From the IMG/VR virus record IMGVR_UViG_2563366805_000011: a stretch of 9,154 bases of DNA. One strand, written 5' to 3'. Below the pieces are notes generated by a model. That model made no database searches. It was not told the origin of the DNA and worked only from the letters and a program-made list of their open reading frames with translations. The stretch comes from a virus (lineage: Duplodnaviria > Heunggongvirae > Uroviricota > Caudoviricetes). Made by a program: the position numbers and the translations under genes. Position 1 is the stretch's first letter. The number at the start of each line of letters is the position of its first letter. Below, piece after piece: positions 7,646-9,154 of the stretch.

Positions 7646-7670
7646 CATTGTAAAGTACTTTAAGTACATT
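7626..7670. promoter_or_regulatory. Operator-like repeat cluster with a candidate leftward PL-like promoter
   Basis: ATGTACT (7629..7635), a perfect 12-bp palindrome TAAAGTACTTTA (7651..7662), and the reverse-complement copy AGTACAT (7663..7669). On the minus strand, TTTACA (7654..7649), a 17-nt spacer, then CATTAT (7631..7626), pointing toward ydaG-kilR-recET. Prediction by eye only. Confidence 0.4.
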
Positions 7671-7744
7671 TTATGTATAAAAAAATGAGACGGGATAAAG
7701 TGAAGCACAAACCCGGAGGGGGACGCTACCGGATTTATGCTGAT

Positions 7745-8164
7745 TTAAGAGGCTTTTTGTTTTTTCTTTCGTGCTAACTCTTCGTAAATTGCATTGTACT
7801 TCTGTTTTTTCTCCTCAAGAGTTTTTAAAAGTTCATCTGTCTCACTGTCAGGGAGCTCGTCCAGAAGGTCAATGATGATTTTTTGTCTTGGATTTAACTC
7901 CTGATAGAAACGTATCTGTCCACTTTCTTCTGTATCCTCTCCCAAAAGATAGGTTGGTGTTGTTCCAATGAGTGTTGCTAATTCCCTTAATTTCTCTCGG
8001 CGAGGAATTGTTTCACCATTAAACCATTTGCTAACCGCTTTTGGTGTTAATTTCATTCGACGGGCAATTTCTGCCTGCCTTCCATGTTGTTCATAACCAG
8101 CGTTTTCACAGGCTAGCGCAAGCCTACTGGCGAACTCTTTACGCGCTTTATCTTCATGAACCAT
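7745..8164 (-). CDS. racR: Prophage repressor, cI-like XRE-family HTH protein (RacR-like), 139 aa
   Basis: Minus-strand; ATG 8164..8162. The N-terminal half has an XRE/cI-type HTH (FASRLALACENAGYEQHGRQAEIARRMKLTPKAVSKWFNGETIPRREKLRELATLIGTTPTYLLG); the C-terminal half is a charged, coiled-coil-like tail with no S24 peptidase domain. It is divergent from a Cro-like gene, with operator-like repeats on both sides. No SD upstream, consistent with a leaderless transcript. I recall K-12 RacR as 158 aa, so this may be an allelic variant or my recollection of the length is off. Confidence 0.8.
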   Translation of the reverse strand: MVHEDKARKEFASRLALACENAGYEQHGRQAEIARRMKLTPKAVSKWFNGETIPRREKLRELATLIGTTPTYLLGEDTEESGQIRFYQELNPRQKIIIDLLDELPDSETDELLKTLEEKKQKYNAIYEELARKKKQKAS

Positions 8165-8171
8165 AAGTTCA

Positions 8172-8200
8172 ATGATATTCGCTCTTGAATGTACTGTCAG
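8172..8200 (-). promoter_or_regulatory. Candidate PRM-like sigma70 promoter for racR (leaderless)
   Basis: On the minus strand, CTGACA (8200..8195), a 17-nt spacer, then TATCAT (8177..8172); the predicted start falls at or next to the racR ATG (8164). There is no SD upstream of racR. An ATGTACT operator-like site overlaps the -35/spacer. Prediction by eye only. Confidence 0.45.
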
Positions 8201-8222
8201 TTCTGTTATGGCATGTACTCAA
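8187..8222. promoter_or_regulatory. Two direct ATGTACT repeats in the racR/cro divergent intergenic region (candidate OR operators)
   Basis: ATGTACT at 8189..8195 and 8213..8219, 24 bp apart, inside the 79-bp interval between the divergent racR and Cro-like starts. The same heptamer recurs in the region downstream of racR. Confidence 0.45.
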
Positions 8223-8243
8223 AGTTCACATTGTGAGGATGAT

Positions 8244-8423
8244 ATGAACCAGAAAACACTTGAAGATGTAATCAAAACTGTTCGCGTTTCTGTTGTGGCC
8301 GACGTTTGTGGTGTCAGCCAAAGAGCAATCTACAAATGGATGGATAACGGAAAATTGCCTCGCACAGAATATACCGGCGAAACAAATTACGCTGAAAAAA
8401 TGGTGATGCTGCCAACTTACTGA
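8244..8423 (+). CDS. Cro/YdaS-like HTH regulator; 3' end fused to the IS1 left end (probably truncated)
   Basis: Plus-strand ATG 8244 with GAGGA 4 nt upstream; HTH-like segment (QKTLEDVIKTVRVSVVADVCGVSQRAIYKWMDNGKLP). Native sequence ends at 8401 (52 codons); the last 7 codons and the TGA stop (8421..8423) lie inside the IS1 left inverted repeat. It occupies the position of the first rightward gene (ydaS in K-12 Rac). The track's 83-aa version starts at an upstream ATG (8172). Confidence 0.7.
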   Translation: MNQKTLEDVIKTVRVSVVADVCGVSQRAIYKWMDNGKLPRTEYTGETNYAEKMVMLPTY

Positions 8424-8424
8424 T
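8402..8424 (+). repeat. IS1 left terminal inverted repeat (IRL)
   Basis: GGTGATGCTGCCAACTTACTGAT matches the IS1 terminal repeat as I recall it. The partner IRR is outside the window. Confidence 0.85.
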
Positions 8425-8456
8425 TTAGTGTATGATGGTGTTTTTGAGGTGCTCCA

Positions 8457-8732
8457 GTGGCTTCTGTTTCTATCAGCTGTCCCTCCTGTTCAGCTACTGA
8501 CGGGGTGGTGCGTAACGGCAAAAGCACCGCCGGACATCAGCGCTATCTCTGCTCTCACTGCCGTAAAACATGGCAACTGCAGTTCACTTACGCCGCTTCT
8601 CAACCCGGTACGCACCAGAAAATCATTGATATGGCCATGAATGGCGTTGGATGCCGGGCAACTGCCCGCATTATGGGCGTTGGCCTCAACACGATTTTAC
8701 GTCACTTAAAAAACTCAGGCCGCAGTCGGTAA
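8457..8732 (+). CDS. insA: IS1 InsA (DNA-binding transposition inhibitor), 91 aa
   Basis: GTG start at 8457 preceded by GAGGTG; translation [42 protein letters not shown]... with zinc-finger CxxC...CxxC and a C-terminal HTH; TAA at 8730..8732. Recognised as IS1 InsA. Confidence 0.95.
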   Translation: MASVSISCPSCSATDGVVRNGKSTAGHQRYLCSHCRKTWQLQFTYAASQPGTHQKIIDMAMNGVGCRATARIMGVGLNTILRHLKNSGRSR

Positions 8733-9154
8733 CCTCGCGCATACAGCCGGGCAGTGACGTCATCGTCTGCGCGGAAATGGACGAACAGTGGGGCTATGTC
8801 GGGGCTAAATCGCGCCAGCGCTGGCTGTTTTACGCGTATGACAGGATACGGAGGACGGTTGTTGCGCACGTATTCGGTGAACGCACGCTGGCCACGCTGG
8901 AGCGTCTTCTGGGCCTGCTGTCGGCCTTTGAGGTCGTGGTATGGATGACGGATGGCTGGCCGCTTTATGAATCACGCCTGAAGGGAGAACTGCACGTTAT
9001 CAGCAAGCGATATACGCAGCGCATTGAGCGGCATAACCTGAATCTGAGGCAGCATCTGGCAAGGCTGGGCAGGAAGTCACTGTCGTTCTCAAAATCGGTG
9101 GAGCTGCATGACAAAGTCATCGGGCATTATCTGAACATAAAACACTACCAATAA
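8651..9154 (+). CDS. insB: IS1 InsB' reading frame (167 aa as annotated); expressed as the InsAB' transposase by -1 frameshift from insA
   Basis: ORF in the -1 frame relative to insA, ending at TAA 9152..9154 (last codons ...HYLNIKHYQ). Recognised as IS1 InsB. It differs at several residues from the K-12 IS1 copy I remember. Confidence 0.9.
   Translation: MPGNCPHYGRWPQHDFTSLKKLRPQSVTSRIQPGSDVIVCAEMDEQWGYVGAKSRQRWLFYAYDRIRRTVVAHVFGERTLATLERLLGLLSAFEVVVWMTDGWPLYESRLKGELHVISKRYTQRIERHNLNLRQHLARLGRKSLSFSKSVELHDKVIGHYLNIKHYQ
8706..8714 (+). other. IS1 programmed -1 ribosomal frameshift site (TTAAAAAAC, A6C motif)
   Basis: A run of six A followed by C near the end of insA, in the insA/insB overlap. 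This is the known IS1 frameshift motif that produces the InsAB' transposase. Confidence 0.8.

Larger units (their letters stand above)
8402..9154 (+). mobile_element. IS1 insertion sequence (IS1 family), left end present, right end cut by the window edge
   Basis: Starts with the IS1 left inverted repeat GGTGATGCTGCCAACTTACTGAT at 8402. It contains insA and insB in the canonical overlapping arrangement with the A6C frameshift motif. IS1 is about 768 bp, so roughly the last 15 bp, including the right inverted repeat, lie beyond the window. Confidence 0.95.

Noticed and set aside
8428-8948. Plus-strand ORFs 8428..8640 and 8754..8948 inside IS1
   Set aside because: Alternative-frame ORFs overlapping insA and insB; IS1 is known to encode only InsA and InsAB'.
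1-9154. Search for tRNA, rRNA, CRISPR arrays, an att core and an undescribed multi-gene defence system
   Set aside because: No CRISPR-like direct-repeat/spacer periodicity and no tRNA-like or rRNA-like segments seen. The window starts exactly at the intR stop, so attL lies outside it. All ORFs of credible size are accounted for by known Rac genes or IS1, leaving no room for an unassigned multi-gene system.

Overview
This window is the left (early/recombination) arm and immunity region of an Escherichia coli Rac-type lambdoid prophage, ending in an IS1 element. On the minus strand, right to left: integrase intR (1..1236), excisionase ydaQ, ydaC, ralR, recT, recE, racC, ydaE, kilR. sieB follows on the plus strand, then ydaG, a ydaF-like ORF and the cI-like repressor racR on the minus strand. 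A divergent Cro-like gene reads into an IS1 copy (insA/insB) that begins at 8402 and runs to the window edge. Gene identities rest on translated sequence, protein length and gene order recalled from the K-12 Rac prophage; no database search was possible. Several ORF-track entries are over-extended at the N-terminus, and two short genes (ydaE, ydaG) fall below the track's length cut-off. There is no rRNA, tRNA or CRISPR array. I found no unassigned coding capacity that could hold an undescribed multi-gene system. The points most worth a second look are the IS1 disruption of the cro-side operon, a repeated ATGTACT operator-like motif with PRM/PL-like promoters around racR, the RalR type I toxin locus, two structured non-coding gaps, and a CxxC-x7-CxxC motif in the RecE N-terminal region.
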